Below, one piece after another: positions 30,801-40,636 of a stretch of DNA of 64,000 bases. Each line of letters opens with the position of its first letter. Position 1 is the first letter of the stretch. The DNA is from an uncultured bacterium (lineage in GTDB: Bacteria; Zixibacteria; MSB-5A5; CAIYYT01). Under the pieces are notes generated by a model. It searched no databases. It worked only from the letters and a program-made list of their open reading frames with translations, and was not told the DNA's origin. The translations under genes were made by a program, and so were the position numbers. The stretch is from NCBI GenBank assembly GCA_963726455.1, contig CAVSCK010000004.1:928001-992000 (forward strand), given 5' to 3'.

Positions 30801-32004
30801 CCGTTCAATTGATCCTGACATCGGAAATACCGTGACTTACAATCTCTTCTACTCTGCGGGTGACACCGCATCATGGCAGCATTCTGTTCCGTCAATTGCT
30901 GATTCGCAGTATACAATTGCGTCTCTTGAGGAGATGAAGAGGTACTATTGGAAAATAGCAGCGCAGGATAATGAAGGCGCGACTGCACAATGCAGTAGAG
31001 CGTTCTCGTTTGTTGCGGGAGATGCCACCCCTCCTTCCTTCACTATTGACGTTCTTGCGAATCCGATTCTACCCTTTGAACTCGATCTATTCTTCTACCC
31101 GTCCGAGTCGTTGAGTGGGTTGCCAGAAGTCACAGTTGCTGGCCCGTCGGGAAGTGGTGGGCAGACTGTTACGCAACTAAGTAATCGCGATGCAGCCTGC
31201 TATCTGACAGATTATCGGATAGACCAATCAGGGTCTTACACAATTACCGTGTGTGGAACCGATCTCTCGACCAACCGAGGTTGTAAAGATGCATCTGTCT
31301 CAGCCTCTCGATTGTTCGTCAATTTTGGAGCCGAGGTGACAAGCCCGTTGGGAACATTTCGGCTCAGAGTTGCCGCCGGTTCATCTCGTAGCGATGGTCT
31401 TGTTCTCTGCGGGGAGCGCCCCGCCGATATCTCTGATCTGGTCAATACGAACATCCCCTCAGGAATCACTCCGGTTCTGATTGTTGATCTGAAATCGACG
31501 GTCGCAGTCGCGAACAAATCTGCATTGCTAACCATAGACCCGGATGTCGCGGGTGTCTCAATGAATGCAGACCAAGCAATAGTACTCGTCCCTCTTTCGA
31601 GCACTAATCAGCAACCAATTCCTGCACGACTCAACATAACTACCGGGCACTACACGGCGGAGATCACCGAGCTTTGCTCCTATCTAATAGGCGCAACTGA
31701 ACAGTGGAGATTGGAAGAGTTGCCAGTAGTGTATGAGCTTGATCAGAATACTCCTAATCCCTTCAACGGGACGACAGTGATTCCGTTCAGCACAAGCGAA
31801 CAGGTTCACGTGTCGCTGGAAGTGTTCAATGTACTCGGACAGCGAGTGGCTACTCTCCTTGATCGGGACATAATGCCGGGAAATTATGCTTCGTCATGGG
31901 ACGGGAAATCCGAGAACGGTAGCGAATGCAGTTCGGGAACATATTTTTATCGGCTGACCGCCGGTTCCAACATGGAAACCAAGAAGATGCTGTATCTAAA
32001 GTGA
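27868..32004 (+). CDS. S8 subtilase with PPC, FN3/Ig-like domains and FlgD/T9SS-like C-terminal domain
   Basis: Triad VAVLDGG / HGTECA / GTSFSCPHVAG; C-terminal QNTPNPFN...FNVLGQ...WDG...SGTYFYRL...KKM. Confidence 0.9.
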   Translation: MNRSITFLILFIFVFRIGYAIATPPDFAVPQSQDMPDKGGLVDRLVYAAAQTYGQHALGKIDSWVQKRTVMIGDSLEIRVLLKATADQYAANLLEESGGRIEGMYANSVYMLVPVNKIGWFEGRDEIAAVYLPSYAIPQEFISEGLDTMGVSAFHRRGYTGRGVKVAVLDGGFQDYMFFLGTELPSNTQLRYYGNNPFTSTHGTECAQIIHDVAPDAELWLIQVSTGLDFLTACDWIKNNGFDVVSVSLAYLNVGWLDGSSDLSKKVDELRNQGILWVNSAANYGKDHWSGYFADTDGDGAHNFTSTDEGNSILLVEGQSVSILLSWNDWPYATDDYDLRLYDLATSALVASSLRPQTGTQEPTEEFTYTATATGIYEIVISKYSATGNAKLQLLVPGIGSLQYSNASYSVQIPGDARGALTVGAVPWQNPSKIEGFSSCGPTEDSRIKPEMVAPDSVTVADYWTTSTVAVGTSFSCPHVAGAAAVYLSAKPTVYPPAVIDSFKTLCIDLGVTGTDNTYGWGLLHMRILNRTPSAFSLQYPANGATLSADTTSLIWNPASDPDVGDVIRYNLYYSKSEFSPLANAMRPTGLGGRYAPFESSSRDQPKGLPNISITNSRDIVGDTVFFNFDTSLEGWTFDIPADSVYVSYICPGTPCDLCLRTQATGTPFVLSWSNSSLGKTVKCVCHHHGFRYSDCDVEFWKKVIWKMLPPEWDGIKRVEARVYNESTSQVWARFAYWNAQDFVWKYVGDGAGWVSLAASAWTIVALDEPAQGEFSDLMGILINIGAYQNDGNVYIDWVRGYHSGTSASWDDSVMNISDPEYELTSLQRGASYRWSVVAEDLEGATSQCTIPFSFHVTVANRPPTLTNPGDKTVSENSMLAFALSATDLDGDALTYSANPLPAGAVFSNASGNFVWTPTYDQSGVYGVTFSVSDGQASDQQSIQIVVNNTNRPPSVFALLSPADDDTVKSVGALLRWSRSIDPDIGNTVTYNLFYSAGDTASWQHSVPSIADSQYTIASLEEMKRYYWKIAAQDNEGATAQCSRAFSFVAGDATPPSFTIDVLANPILPFELDLFFYPSESLSGLPEVTVAGPSGSGGQTVTQLSNRDAACYLTDYRIDQSGSYTITVCGTDLSTNRGCKDASVSASRLFVNFGAEVTSPLGTFRLRVAAGSSRSDGLVLCGERPADISDLVNTNIPSGITPVLIVDLKSTVAVANKSALLTIDPDVAGVSMNADQAIVLVPLSSTNQQPIPARLNITTGHYTAEITELCSYLIGATEQWRLEELPVVYELDQNTPNPFNGTTVIPFSTSEQVHVSLEVFNVLGQRVATLLDRDIMPGNYASSWDGKSENGSECSSGTYFYRLTAGSNMETKKMLYLK

Positions 32005-32017
32005 GATTCAGAGGTTT

Positions 32018-32662
32018 ATGATGAAGAGACGATTTAGTTTTGAGCTTTGGATGGTTGCAACGATGATTGCTCTATCCGTTGTGTTTTGTGGCTGCTCCTC
32101 CAACAAAGGGAGTTCGCCTTCCTACGATGTCAATGCGAAGCTAAGTGAAGCTTGGTCTTCCTTCGGAACAGGCAACTACGACGCTGCCATTACAACTTTT
32201 TCGGACGTGCTAACTCATTCAACGAATAATGCAGAAGCTCTCACCGGTAGGGGCTGGTGCTACGCCTTCAAAAAAGAATACTCTACTGCAATCGCTGACT
32301 TCAATTCTTCCATTCAACAAAACTCTAGTTCCGATGCCAAGATGGGTCTCTCGGCTATCTACCGCGATCTGCCCGACTTACAGGCCGCAATTACCAATGC
32401 ATCAGCGGTCATCGCGGCTGATTCTCATTACGTCTTTGCCAAGAAGACGTCAATCGATTACAGGGACGCACACCTGATCAAGGGTCAGTGCTACTTCAGG
32501 TTGGGTAAGAGTTCGTTTCCCTCGGCGCACATCGAGGTCAACTATCTTTGCGTTCTCGAAGGACTGGCCGGATTACCTGACCCAACTGCTCTTTCACCCG
32601 CCGAATATGAAGAACAACTAGGTCAGAGACTAGACGATCTATCCGCGAGAATCGGGGACTAG
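32018..32662 (+). CDS. TPR-repeat lipoprotein
   Basis: Lipobox-like FCGC; TPR GNYDAAI..F...AEALTGRGWCY. Confidence 0.75.
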   Translation: MMKRRFSFELWMVATMIALSVVFCGCSSNKGSSPSYDVNAKLSEAWSSFGTGNYDAAITTFSDVLTHSTNNAEALTGRGWCYAFKKEYSTAIADFNSSIQQNSSSDAKMGLSAIYRDLPDLQAAITNASAVIAADSHYVFAKKTSIDYRDAHLIKGQCYFRLGKSSFPSAHIEVNYLCVLEGLAGLPDPTALSPAEYEEQLGQRLDDLSARIGD

Positions 32663-32808
32663 TAGCAGCTCGCGTTCCGAACCCAGTCTTCCTCGGATAA
32701 TGTCTTGCGGATTTCAATCTCCGTGCCTTCAAGTCCGCCCGTGACATGATCGCCGAGTGAGAAACCCGACAACCTCGGACGGCGATGCAGTCTGTCCAGC
32801 ATTTCCGC

Positions 32809-32934
32809 TGTCGGATTCCCGAACAACGGCCCGAATCAACCGGACTCCGCAAATCATTATGCAACCACGACTTGCAGAAATGCAATCTAAATTAGTCCTT
32901 TTTGGCTCCCCAGAAACTGTCGAGATCACGCACA
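32809..32934. promoter_or_regulatory. Two TGT-N11-ACA enhancer-like sites
   Basis: TGTCGGATTCCCGAACA (32809-32825) and TGTCGAGATCACGCACA (32918-32934) upstream of a sigma54 promoter. Confidence 0.55.
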
Positions 32935-33000
32935 AGTAAGACCATGATTGGCATGGACTTCCGAGGCCCAAGTAACTGAAAGCCAACGCGATACCGTTTC

Positions 33001-33016
33001 TGGCACAGGATGTGCT
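33001..33016 (+). promoter_or_regulatory. Sigma54 (-24/-12) promoter
   Basis: TGGCAC-AGGAT-GTGCT, GG-N10-GC spacing, 55 nt before the PEP-CTERM ATG. Confidence 0.75.
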
Positions 33017-33071
33017 CGCTATAAGAAAAACCGAGTAGAATTACATCTTACATAATCGGAGGAGGAACTAT

Positions 33072-33743
33072 ATGAAATTGAAGGCGACGTTACTAGTCCT
33101 GGCCGCCATCTTGCTGACCAGCTCTGTGGGCTACGCTCTGCCGACATATTATCTGGCCAGTGGAGTCTTGCCGGCGGATTTGGGAGTCCTTCAAGCAGAG
33201 CGCGCCGTGTGGCAGGGTGCGGCGGGTTCGACGCTTTATACAGAGGGCTTTGAGTCATACTTTGCAGGTAACCCAATTGATTTCGGGCCGTTCACGGCCA
33301 CGTTATTTGGCGGTACCGGTTTCAGTCAGGCTTCGGGCAATAATTTGGTCACCACTGAAGGCAACTCCACTATGGCCTTCGAATATGGTTACACAGCCGT
33401 CGAATTCTCGTTCGAATCGGCCATTAATTCCTTTGGCATCGATATTACGTCAATCGATTTTGCGCCGCCGACGACGGTGTCGTTCCTTGACGAACACGGC
33501 AATTTCCTGAACGATTTTGCCATCCACGATGCATGGGCGGGCGCCACATTCTTCGGTCTCGTTAATGACCAGTCCTTCAGTACCGTGCGATTCAACTTTA
33601 CGGGTAGCGAGATATTGAACTTCGATTATCTCCAATTCGGCAGCGGTACCACCGTTCCCGAGCCCGGCACACTCAGTCTGCTCGGTGTGGGCCTGATTGG
33701 TGTAGCGGGCGTCCTTCGCCGCCGGTTCTCGAAGAAGGCGTAA
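33072..33743 (+). CDS. PEP-CTERM sorting-domain protein
   Basis: Signal peptide; C-terminal VPEPGTLSLLGVGLIGVAGVLRRR. Confidence 0.95.
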   Translation: MKLKATLLVLAAILLTSSVGYALPTYYLASGVLPADLGVLQAERAVWQGAAGSTLYTEGFESYFAGNPIDFGPFTATLFGGTGFSQASGNNLVTTEGNSTMAFEYGYTAVEFSFESAINSFGIDITSIDFAPPTTVSFLDEHGNFLNDFAIHDAWAGATFFGLVNDQSFSTVRFNFTGSEILNFDYLQFGSGTTVPEPGTLSLLGVGLIGVAGVLRRRFSKKA

Positions 33744-33776
33744 TCATAAGTCGGGCATAGTCAATTACGATTTCAG

Positions 33777-33806
33777 AGCCGGACTCCCGTGAGTCCGGCT
33801 TTTTTT
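33777..33806 (+). terminator. Intrinsic terminator
   Basis: AGCCGGACTC-CCGT-GAGTCCGGCT followed by T-tract. Confidence 0.9.
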
Positions 33807-33971
33807 GGCTACTAAATTCCCCTTCAATCGCTCCATTGACATCTTGTACTTCCCTCACTATGTTAGAGATTCGACATAACCAGTGTACTCTACCTGCAAG
33901 GGTGGGTACTCCCGATCACTTCATCTGCCCTCAATCTAGCATTTTCAGTTTCTGATAATAGTCCCGTTCCC

Positions 33972-35000
33972 CTACTTCCTCTTCTCAATCTCCGTGTCCG
34001 CATATATCAGCGTCTTCATTTGCGGTTGCGCCACAAACTCATGCGGGAATCCCAACTCGATCGCGCTGATCTCGTTCAGCCGCGCCAAATGCTCTGCGCT
34101 CAACTCGAAATCGAGGCACCCAAGATTCTCTTCCAACTGTGCTCCCGACCGAGCGCCTATAATCGGTATCATCTGCTGATCGCGTTGCCGCACCCAATTC
34201 AGCGCTACCTGCGAGCTCCTTCTGCCAATCTCATTGGCTATCTTCTCCACTTCCTCGGCAATCGCCAGATTCCGTTCCGACAACCGCTTGCCTCCCGGTG
34301 CAATTCGCTTGGCCGCCTCTGCACTGAAGTTGTTCTTGTTGTACTTGCCGCTCAACACTCCGCCTCCGATCGGCGCCCACGGCGTAACCGTCAATCCCAG
34401 TTCCTTCGCCATCGGCAGTAACTCACGTTCGACCGTGCGTTCGATCAGACTGTATTCAACCTGCAAACCCACAAACGGCGTCCAGCCGCGCAATTCCGCC
34501 AGCATGTTGGCCCGCGACACAATCCAGGCCGGCGTGTCCGAGATGCCGACATACAATACCTTGCCGGCGCGCACCGCATCATCAAGCCCACGCATCACTT
34601 CTTCCACGGGCGTCAGAAAGTCCCACGCGTGCACCCACAAGAGATCGATATAGTCCATATTGAGCCGCTTCAGACTGGCATTCAGCGACTGCACCAGATT
34701 CTTGCGATGATTCCCCGCCGAATTCGGATCCCCCTTTCGCTGGAAAACCGTGTATTTCGTCGCCACCACAAATTCCTCGCGCCGCGCGCCCACGAATTCT
34801 CCGACGAATCTCTCGGCCGTTCCCTCGGTATAGCGATTCGCCGTGTCGATGAAATTCCCGCCTCGTTCCACGAACAAATCGAACTGTTTGCGGCTCTCTT
34901 CCTTCGATGCGCCCCATCCCCAATCTTCCCCAAACGTCATCGTACCCAGCGCAATCTCCGACACCCGAAGTCCGCTCTTGCCCAACAAGAAGTATTTCAC
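33972..35000 (-). CDS. Aldo/keto reductase
   Basis: GLRVSEIALGTMTFG, FIDTANRY, ATK, YIDLLWVH, PIIGAR; GTG start with AGGAG RBS. Confidence 0.95.
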   Translation of the reverse strand: MKYFLLGKSGLRVSEIALGTMTFGEDWGWGASKEESRKQFDLFVERGGNFIDTANRYTEGTAERFVGEFVGARREEFVVATKYTVFQRKGDPNSAGNHRKNLVQSLNASLKRLNMDYIDLLWVHAWDFLTPVEEVMRGLDDAVRAGKVLYVGISDTPAWIVSRANMLAELRGWTPFVGLQVEYSLIERTVERELLPMAKELGLTVTPWAPIGGGVLSGKYNKNNFSAEAAKRIAPGGKRLSERNLAIAEEVEKIANEIGRRSSQVALNWVRQRDQQMIPIIGARSGAQLEENLGCLDFELSAEHLARLNEISAIELGFPHEFVAQPQMKTLIYADTEIEKRK

Positions 35001-35148
35001 TGCAACTCCTTTTCTATGTTCAGTATTCGCATTTGACCATGAAACGTACTACCGTGCGCCGCCGTTGGCAACCGTTGTATTCAGCCGCACATCTCTCTTG
35101 CCATCCGCTTTTTTTTGCGTATCATCTCACCAACTTGAGGAGCATGAA

Positions 35149-36780
35149 ATGTCTCGAATCCTAACCGTCATTATATCCATTCTCTTCGCGCTGCCATCCG
35201 CGTTCGCCCAGAGCAGCCAGCTCAAACCCAAACTTGTCGTCGTTATCGTCGTCGATCAAATGCGCCTCGAATACTTGTCACCTTCTAATGATTTCTCTTC
35301 TGCCGGCTTCAATCGGCTGTTGCGGGACGGCTTTCAATTCACCGAAACCTTTCATGAACATGCCGTCACCGAAACCGGCGTCGGCCATGCCACCATCTCC
35401 ACCGGCTGTTATCCCTCACATCACGGCATCATCGCCAACGACTGGTGGGATCGCGCCAAATCCAGGTGGCTCTATTGCGCCGAGGACTCGGGCGTCAACG
35501 TCGCCGGCCATCCGGAACTGCCCGGACGATCACCTTCCAACCTCATGAAACAGACTCTCGGCGACTGGATTCGAAGCGCCTCTCCTCAAAGCAAAGTCTT
35601 CACTGTTGCCGGTAAAGACCGCGCCGCGATTCTGATGGCCGGCCTGCGTGCTAACGGCGCCTACTGGTACAACAGGGGCGATGGCCGATTCGTCACATCG
35701 ATCTACTATACGCCCATCTATCCCGCCTGGGTCGATACCTTCAACAATGGACGCCCCGCCGATGACTACTTCGTTGGCATCTGGGATCGCCTGCTCCCGC
35801 GCAACAAATACGCAGGCCCTGACACTGTCGCAGCCGAATACGACAGCATTCATTCCGCGTTCCCGCATGATTTCTCGCCGGCGCCGAATCAAGCGCCCTC
35901 CGTATATTATGGCGAACTACTCTACACGCCTTTCGTCGATCAACTCACACTGCGTTTCGCGCGCGACCTGACTGTCAACGAATCACTCGGCGTCGATACC
36001 ATCCCTGACTTACTGATGGTCAGTTGCTCGGCCGGAGACTACATCGGCCACCGCTACGGCCCGTCCAGCCACGAAATTCAGGATCAATATTTCCGGCTCG
36101 ACAGCTACCTCAATTCGTTCTTCGCCTTTCTCGACAGTACCGTTGGCGCAAACAACTACGTTCTCGCACTAACCAGCGACCACGGGGTGCTGCCGCTTCC
36201 CGAGGAACTCAGACAGCGTAACGTCGACGCCGGCCGCATCAACAGCGATACCCTTGCCGCCGACATCATGCGGGTGGGCGCTGCTATTGCCCGCGAATTG
36301 CAGTTCAAGAACAACGTCGTCCTTGAGGCGAGTGATGCTGTCATTCTCAATCATTCCGAGGCCGACACCAAAGGTCTCGGTGGCGCTTGGCTGCGCAAGA
36401 CCGTCGCTGCCAACATCAAGAGGATTCCTTACATCGTCGACGTCTTCACTGACGAGGAGCTTTCCGCCGGCGAGCTGGGAGGCCGCTCCTACTTTTCGCT
36501 GTATCATAACAACTACAACCCCGACCGTTCACCCGACATCATGCTCCGATTCAAGGAATTCTGGATTATCAGCGATGAGCCGCACTGCACCACTCACGGC
36601 ACCCCCTATTCATATGATCGCCATGTTCCATTGATCTTCTATGGCGCCGGTATTCAGAAGGGCAGTAGCGGCGACCAATGTGCCACTGTTGACATCGCCC
36701 CTACGCTATCAGATATGATCGGAATCACTCCGCCCGCCAACATCGACGGCCAGAGTCTGCTGCCCAAACTCCGACATTGA
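35149..36780 (+). CDS. Alkaline phosphatase superfamily protein (PafA-like)
   Basis: PKLVVVIVVDQMR, TETGVGHATISTG, KDRAAIL, DYIGHRYGP, TSDHG, THGTPYSYDRHVP. Confidence 0.92.
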   Translation: MSRILTVIISILFALPSAFAQSSQLKPKLVVVIVVDQMRLEYLSPSNDFSSAGFNRLLRDGFQFTETFHEHAVTETGVGHATISTGCYPSHHGIIANDWWDRAKSRWLYCAEDSGVNVAGHPELPGRSPSNLMKQTLGDWIRSASPQSKVFTVAGKDRAAILMAGLRANGAYWYNRGDGRFVTSIYYTPIYPAWVDTFNNGRPADDYFVGIWDRLLPRNKYAGPDTVAAEYDSIHSAFPHDFSPAPNQAPSVYYGELLYTPFVDQLTLRFARDLTVNESLGVDTIPDLLMVSCSAGDYIGHRYGPSSHEIQDQYFRLDSYLNSFFAFLDSTVGANNYVLALTSDHGVLPLPEELRQRNVDAGRINSDTLAADIMRVGAAIARELQFKNNVVLEASDAVILNHSEADTKGLGGAWLRKTVAANIKRIPYIVDVFTDEELSAGELGGRSYFSLYHNNYNPDRSPDIMLRFKEFWIISDEPHCTTHGTPYSYDRHVPLIFYGAGIQKGSSGDQCATVDIAPTLSDMIGITPPANIDGQSLLPKLRH

Positions 36781-36885
36781 TCGGAGAACCAGACAATCAG
36801 TGATCCGCGAACTTGACAATCATTGATCGCCGAACTTGACAATCCCCTGACAATCCCCCGCTCCTACTGACTTTCAACGTTCCTT

Positions 36886-37422
36886 CCCTCTCCCTTTGGG
36901 AGAGGGACCGAGGGTGAGGGAGTTCGCGCCACCTCCAACATGTCTGTTTCGTCAGGTCTTGCCTAGCGTCTCTAAGAATATCCCACAGCAAGCTTCGGGC
37001 TTCACTTTGTTCGCTCCTCGTAGTGATGTAACCTCGGTTGGTTGAACATTCCTGTTTGACCCTGGCGTGGAAGGCATTCGCCAGCATCTCAACAGCACAA
37101 ACAAGAATATTTATCCTACTTCCTTTTCCCCTCTTGAGAGGGGACCAAGGGGTGTGTTCCGTGTCGCATCCCAACCTCTGCGTCCTCACGTGCGCAACCT
37201 ACCTCCGAGACCTCTGAAACGTTCCTTCCCTCTCCCTTTGGGAGAGGGACCGAGGGTGAGGGACTTTGCGCGATGACCGAGGGTGAGCGACTTCGCTCGA
37301 TGGAACGAGGCTGGGTCACCTTGCGCAACAGACCGAGGATGGGTGCCCCATCCGCTTGCGGTGGGTTTGTCCCGCTCACTTCGTTTACCACACCCAGTAG
37401 GTTAAACATTCCTGTTTGACCC
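36886..37422 (+). repeat. Intergenic mosaic of REP-like elements
   Basis: G-rich hairpin copies at 36886-36920 and 37228-37262; GTAG-type REPs near 37037, 37095-37119 (inverted) and 37397. Confidence 0.75.
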
Positions 37423-37586
37423 TTCGTGTTTCACTGGCACCAACCCCAGCATTTTACTAGTTGACAGTCTGGCCGCGATTCGGCAAATTAGGTCAATTTG
37501 ACATGCGACATTGTCGCAGATATCTGAAGGATACAGCTCGCCGCGCAAGACATGCGGCGTACCGACACTCTGGAGGTCTCTAAGTG

Positions 37587-38723
37587 ATGAAGACTCGTAC
37601 CATCTGGTTTCTCGTAATCGGATTCCTGACACTCGGCTGTCTGATCGCCGTCATCGCAGGTTGCGCGTCGCAAGGCGCTCCTGTCGTCAAGGTTGCCCTC
37701 GTGGCGCCGCTCACCGGCGACATCGCTGCTCATGGTCAGGGCATGAAACGCGGCGCTGAGTTGGCCGTCGAGGAAGCCGTCCAGTCCGGTCGGTTCAAGA
37801 ATGTCAGACTCGAACTGGCTGCCTTTGACGATCGCGGCGATCCCAAGGAAGCCGTCACCGTCGCCAATCAGATCATCTCCGATCCCACGATTCTCGGCGT
37901 CGTCGGTCATCTCAATAGCGGCTGCTCGATTCCAGCCAGCCAGATATACAACCGCCGCAATGTCTTGATGATTACTCCGGCCTCGACCAATCCTAAGTTG
38001 ACGCAGCAGGGACTCAAGAACGTCTTCCGTCTTTGCACCACCGACGACGTTCAAGGCAAATTCGCCGCCGACTTCGCCATCGACGGTCTCAAAATCGAAC
38101 GCGCGGTTGTCATCCATGACAAAACCGCATACGGACAGGGCCTGGCCGACGAGTTTCGCAAGGAATTCGAAGCCCGCAAGGGTCCGGTTCTGAGTTACGA
38201 CGGTATTGACGTTGGCGAGAAAGACTACAAAGCCCTGCTCACTCGTATCAAAACCTCCAGCCCGCAACTCATATATTTCGGCGGCATGCATCCCGAGTGC
38301 GGTTTGATTTCCAAACAGGCCAAAGAACTCGGTTTGGCCATTCCAGTCTTTGCCGGCGACGGTGTGGTGACGCCTGAATATGCCAAAATCGGCGGCCCGG
38401 CTACCGAGGGCGATTATGCCTCCATGACCGGCTTGCCACCCGAAAAATTACCAGCCGCCCAACAGTTTCTCGAAAACTATCGCAAGCGTTTCCCCAAGGA
38501 CGACATGCAGCCCTACGACCCATACACTTATGAGGCCGTTAATCTCGTCCTCGAAGCCATCGAGAAGACCGGCGGCGATCGCGCCAAGATGATCGACTAT
38601 ATCGCCAACGTCAAATTCAACGGCATTCTCGGGGAATCAAGCTTCGACGAGAAGGGCGATACGCGCAACAAGATGATCACCATCTATCAGGTGAAGAACG
38701 GCAAGTTCGTCAGTGTCGACTAA
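37587..38723 (+). CDS. livK: Branched-chain amino acid ABC transporter substrate-binding protein
   Basis: APLTG, DDRGDP, VVGHLNSG, TPASTNPKLT, HDKTAYGQGLA. Confidence 0.9.
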   Translation: MKTRTIWFLVIGFLTLGCLIAVIAGCASQGAPVVKVALVAPLTGDIAAHGQGMKRGAELAVEEAVQSGRFKNVRLELAAFDDRGDPKEAVTVANQIISDPTILGVVGHLNSGCSIPASQIYNRRNVLMITPASTNPKLTQQGLKNVFRLCTTDDVQGKFAADFAIDGLKIERAVVIHDKTAYGQGLADEFRKEFEARKGPVLSYDGIDVGEKDYKALLTRIKTSSPQLIYFGGMHPECGLISKQAKELGLAIPVFAGDGVVTPEYAKIGGPATEGDYASMTGLPPEKLPAAQQFLENYRKRFPKDDMQPYDPYTYEAVNLVLEAIEKTGGDRAKMIDYIANVKFNGILGESSFDEKGDTRNKMITIYQVKNGKFVSVD

Positions 38724-38744
38724 CCGGACGCGATCGGCCTGCTA

Positions 38745-39641
38745 ATGTTCTTTCAGCAACTCGTCAACGGCATCACGCTCGGCAGCATTTACGCTCTGTT
38801 TGCCCTCGGCTACACGATGGTCTACGGCATCCTGCTGATGATCAACTTCGCCCACAGCGAAATCTTCATGGTCGGCGCCTACCTCGGCCTCTGGGCCTTA
38901 TCACTGACGCCCGCCTTCATTCAGGGTTGGGCGCCCGGCTACTTTATTGTCGTTTTCGCCACCGCCATGATGGGCGCCGGACTCCTTGCAGTTATAGTCG
39001 AGCGGAGCGCCTATCGCCCACTGCGTCGCGCCTCACGATTGGCGCCTTTGATCAGCGCCATCGGCGTGTCGATCTTTTTGCAGAACTTGGTTCAGGTCGC
39101 CGTCAGTGCGCAGTCGGAACCCTACCCGAACACTTTTCAAATCAGCCAGTACCAATTCTTCGGTGTGCAGGTTAACTCGCTGCAGATTTTCATATTTGCG
39201 CTCGCGATCTCAGCAATGTTGCTGCTGCAAATATTCATCACCAAGACCCGCCATGGCAAGGCGATGCGCGCCGTAGCTCAGAATCATGCCGTTTCTGAAT
39301 TGATGGGAATCAACGTCAACTTCATCATCACGATAACTTTCCTCATCGGTGGTGCTCTCGGCGGACTCGCCGGTGTGCTCAACGGCATGTATTACGGCAG
39401 CGTCAAATTCAATATGGGCTTCTTCCCCGGCCTCAAGGCCTTCACGGCCGCAGTCGTCGGTGGTATCGGTAACATCAAAGGCGCTATGGTCGGCGGCTTT
39501 CTGCTGGGAATTATCGAGGCACTGACGATCGGCTATATTTCGTCCGCCTATAAAGATGTCATTTTGTTTATGGTTCTTATTCTCGTGCTGATCTTCCGGC
39601 CCACCGGAATTTTCGGCGAGGCGGTCACCGAGAAAATATGA
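38745..39641 (+). CDS. livH: Branched-chain amino acid ABC permease
   Basis: QQLVNGITLGSIYAL..LGYTMVYG..INFAH; KAFTAAVVGGIG. Confidence 0.95.
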   Translation: MFFQQLVNGITLGSIYALFALGYTMVYGILLMINFAHSEIFMVGAYLGLWALSLTPAFIQGWAPGYFIVVFATAMMGAGLLAVIVERSAYRPLRRASRLAPLISAIGVSIFLQNLVQVAVSAQSEPYPNTFQISQYQFFGVQVNSLQIFIFALAISAMLLLQIFITKTRHGKAMRAVAQNHAVSELMGINVNFIITITFLIGGALGGLAGVLNGMYYGSVKFNMGFFPGLKAFTAAVVGGIGNIKGAMVGGFLLGIIEALTIGYISSAYKDVILFMVLILVLIFRPTGIFGEAVTEKI

Positions 39642-40636
39642 AACTACCGCGCTTGTGGCCCCTCTGGGCGGCCGGCCTTTTGGTCGTACTGATTCTCCCG
39701 GTTGTCCTGAACATGCTCGGCAACTATTACGCCGTCCGCGTAATAGCGCTGGTCGGCATCTACGGCATCCTCGGCATCGGCCTCAACATCACCATCGGCT
39801 ACACCGGACTATTCGACCTCGGTTACATCGCCTTCTATGCCATCGGTGCCTACACGGCTGCCTTACTCAATATCGCGGGCATTTCGTTCTGGTACGGGCT
39901 GCCCATCGTGATCCTTGTCGCCGGGCTGATCCGCCTCGGACTCGGCGCGCCGGTGCTGCGCCTGCGTGGTGACTATCTCGCCATCGTCACTCTCGGTTTC
40001 GGCGAAATCGTCCGGCTGGTGCTCACCAATCTCGAAACTATTACCAATGGCCCCAAGGGACTCCCGCGCGTTAACGAAAAGATCAGCGAGGTCAAATTCC
40101 TCTGGTTCACTCTTACCGACAACGTTCACTTCTACTACCTGATTCTCTTCTTCCTGGCGCTCGTTGTCTTCATTAGTTATCGCCTCGAACACTCCCGGCT
40201 CGGTCGCGCGCTGGTCGCCATTCGCGAGGATGAACTTGCCGCCACTCTCTCCGGTGTTAACGTGGCCCGCACCAAGGCCGTCGCTTTCGTCATCAGCGGC
40301 ATGGTTGGCGCCGTTGCCGGCGACATTTATGTCCACTGGAATCAGTTTATCTCTCCCGAATCGTTCACCTTCTGGGAATCCGTGCTTCTCGTTTCCATGC
40401 TTGTCATCGGCGGCATGGGCAATGTCTGGGGCGTGTTACTCGGCGTCGTTCTATTGGTCGCCGTTCCGGAAGTCCTCCGCTCAACGCTCGGCACCGCCTT
40501 TGTCGACTACCGCATGTTGGCGTTCGGCTTGATGATGGTCGTCGTCATCATTTTCCGCCCCCAGGGTTTGCTGCCGTCAAAACGAACCGCGCTCGAACTC
40601 AAAGCAACAGGCGAGGAGACAGTACATGCTGCTTGA
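39638..40636 (+). CDS. livM: Branched-chain amino acid ABC permease
   Basis: LRLRGDYLAIVTLGFGEI, AIREDELAA, GGMG, RPQGL. Confidence 0.95.
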   Translation: MKLPRLWPLWAAGLLVVLILPVVLNMLGNYYAVRVIALVGIYGILGIGLNITIGYTGLFDLGYIAFYAIGAYTAALLNIAGISFWYGLPIVILVAGLIRLGLGAPVLRLRGDYLAIVTLGFGEIVRLVLTNLETITNGPKGLPRVNEKISEVKFLWFTLTDNVHFYYLILFFLALVVFISYRLEHSRLGRALVAIREDELAATLSGVNVARTKAVAFVISGMVGAVAGDIYVHWNQFISPESFTFWESVLLVSMLVIGGMGNVWGVLLGVVLLVAVPEVLRSTLGTAFVDYRMLAFGLMMVVVIIFRPQGLLPSKRTALELKATGEETVHAA

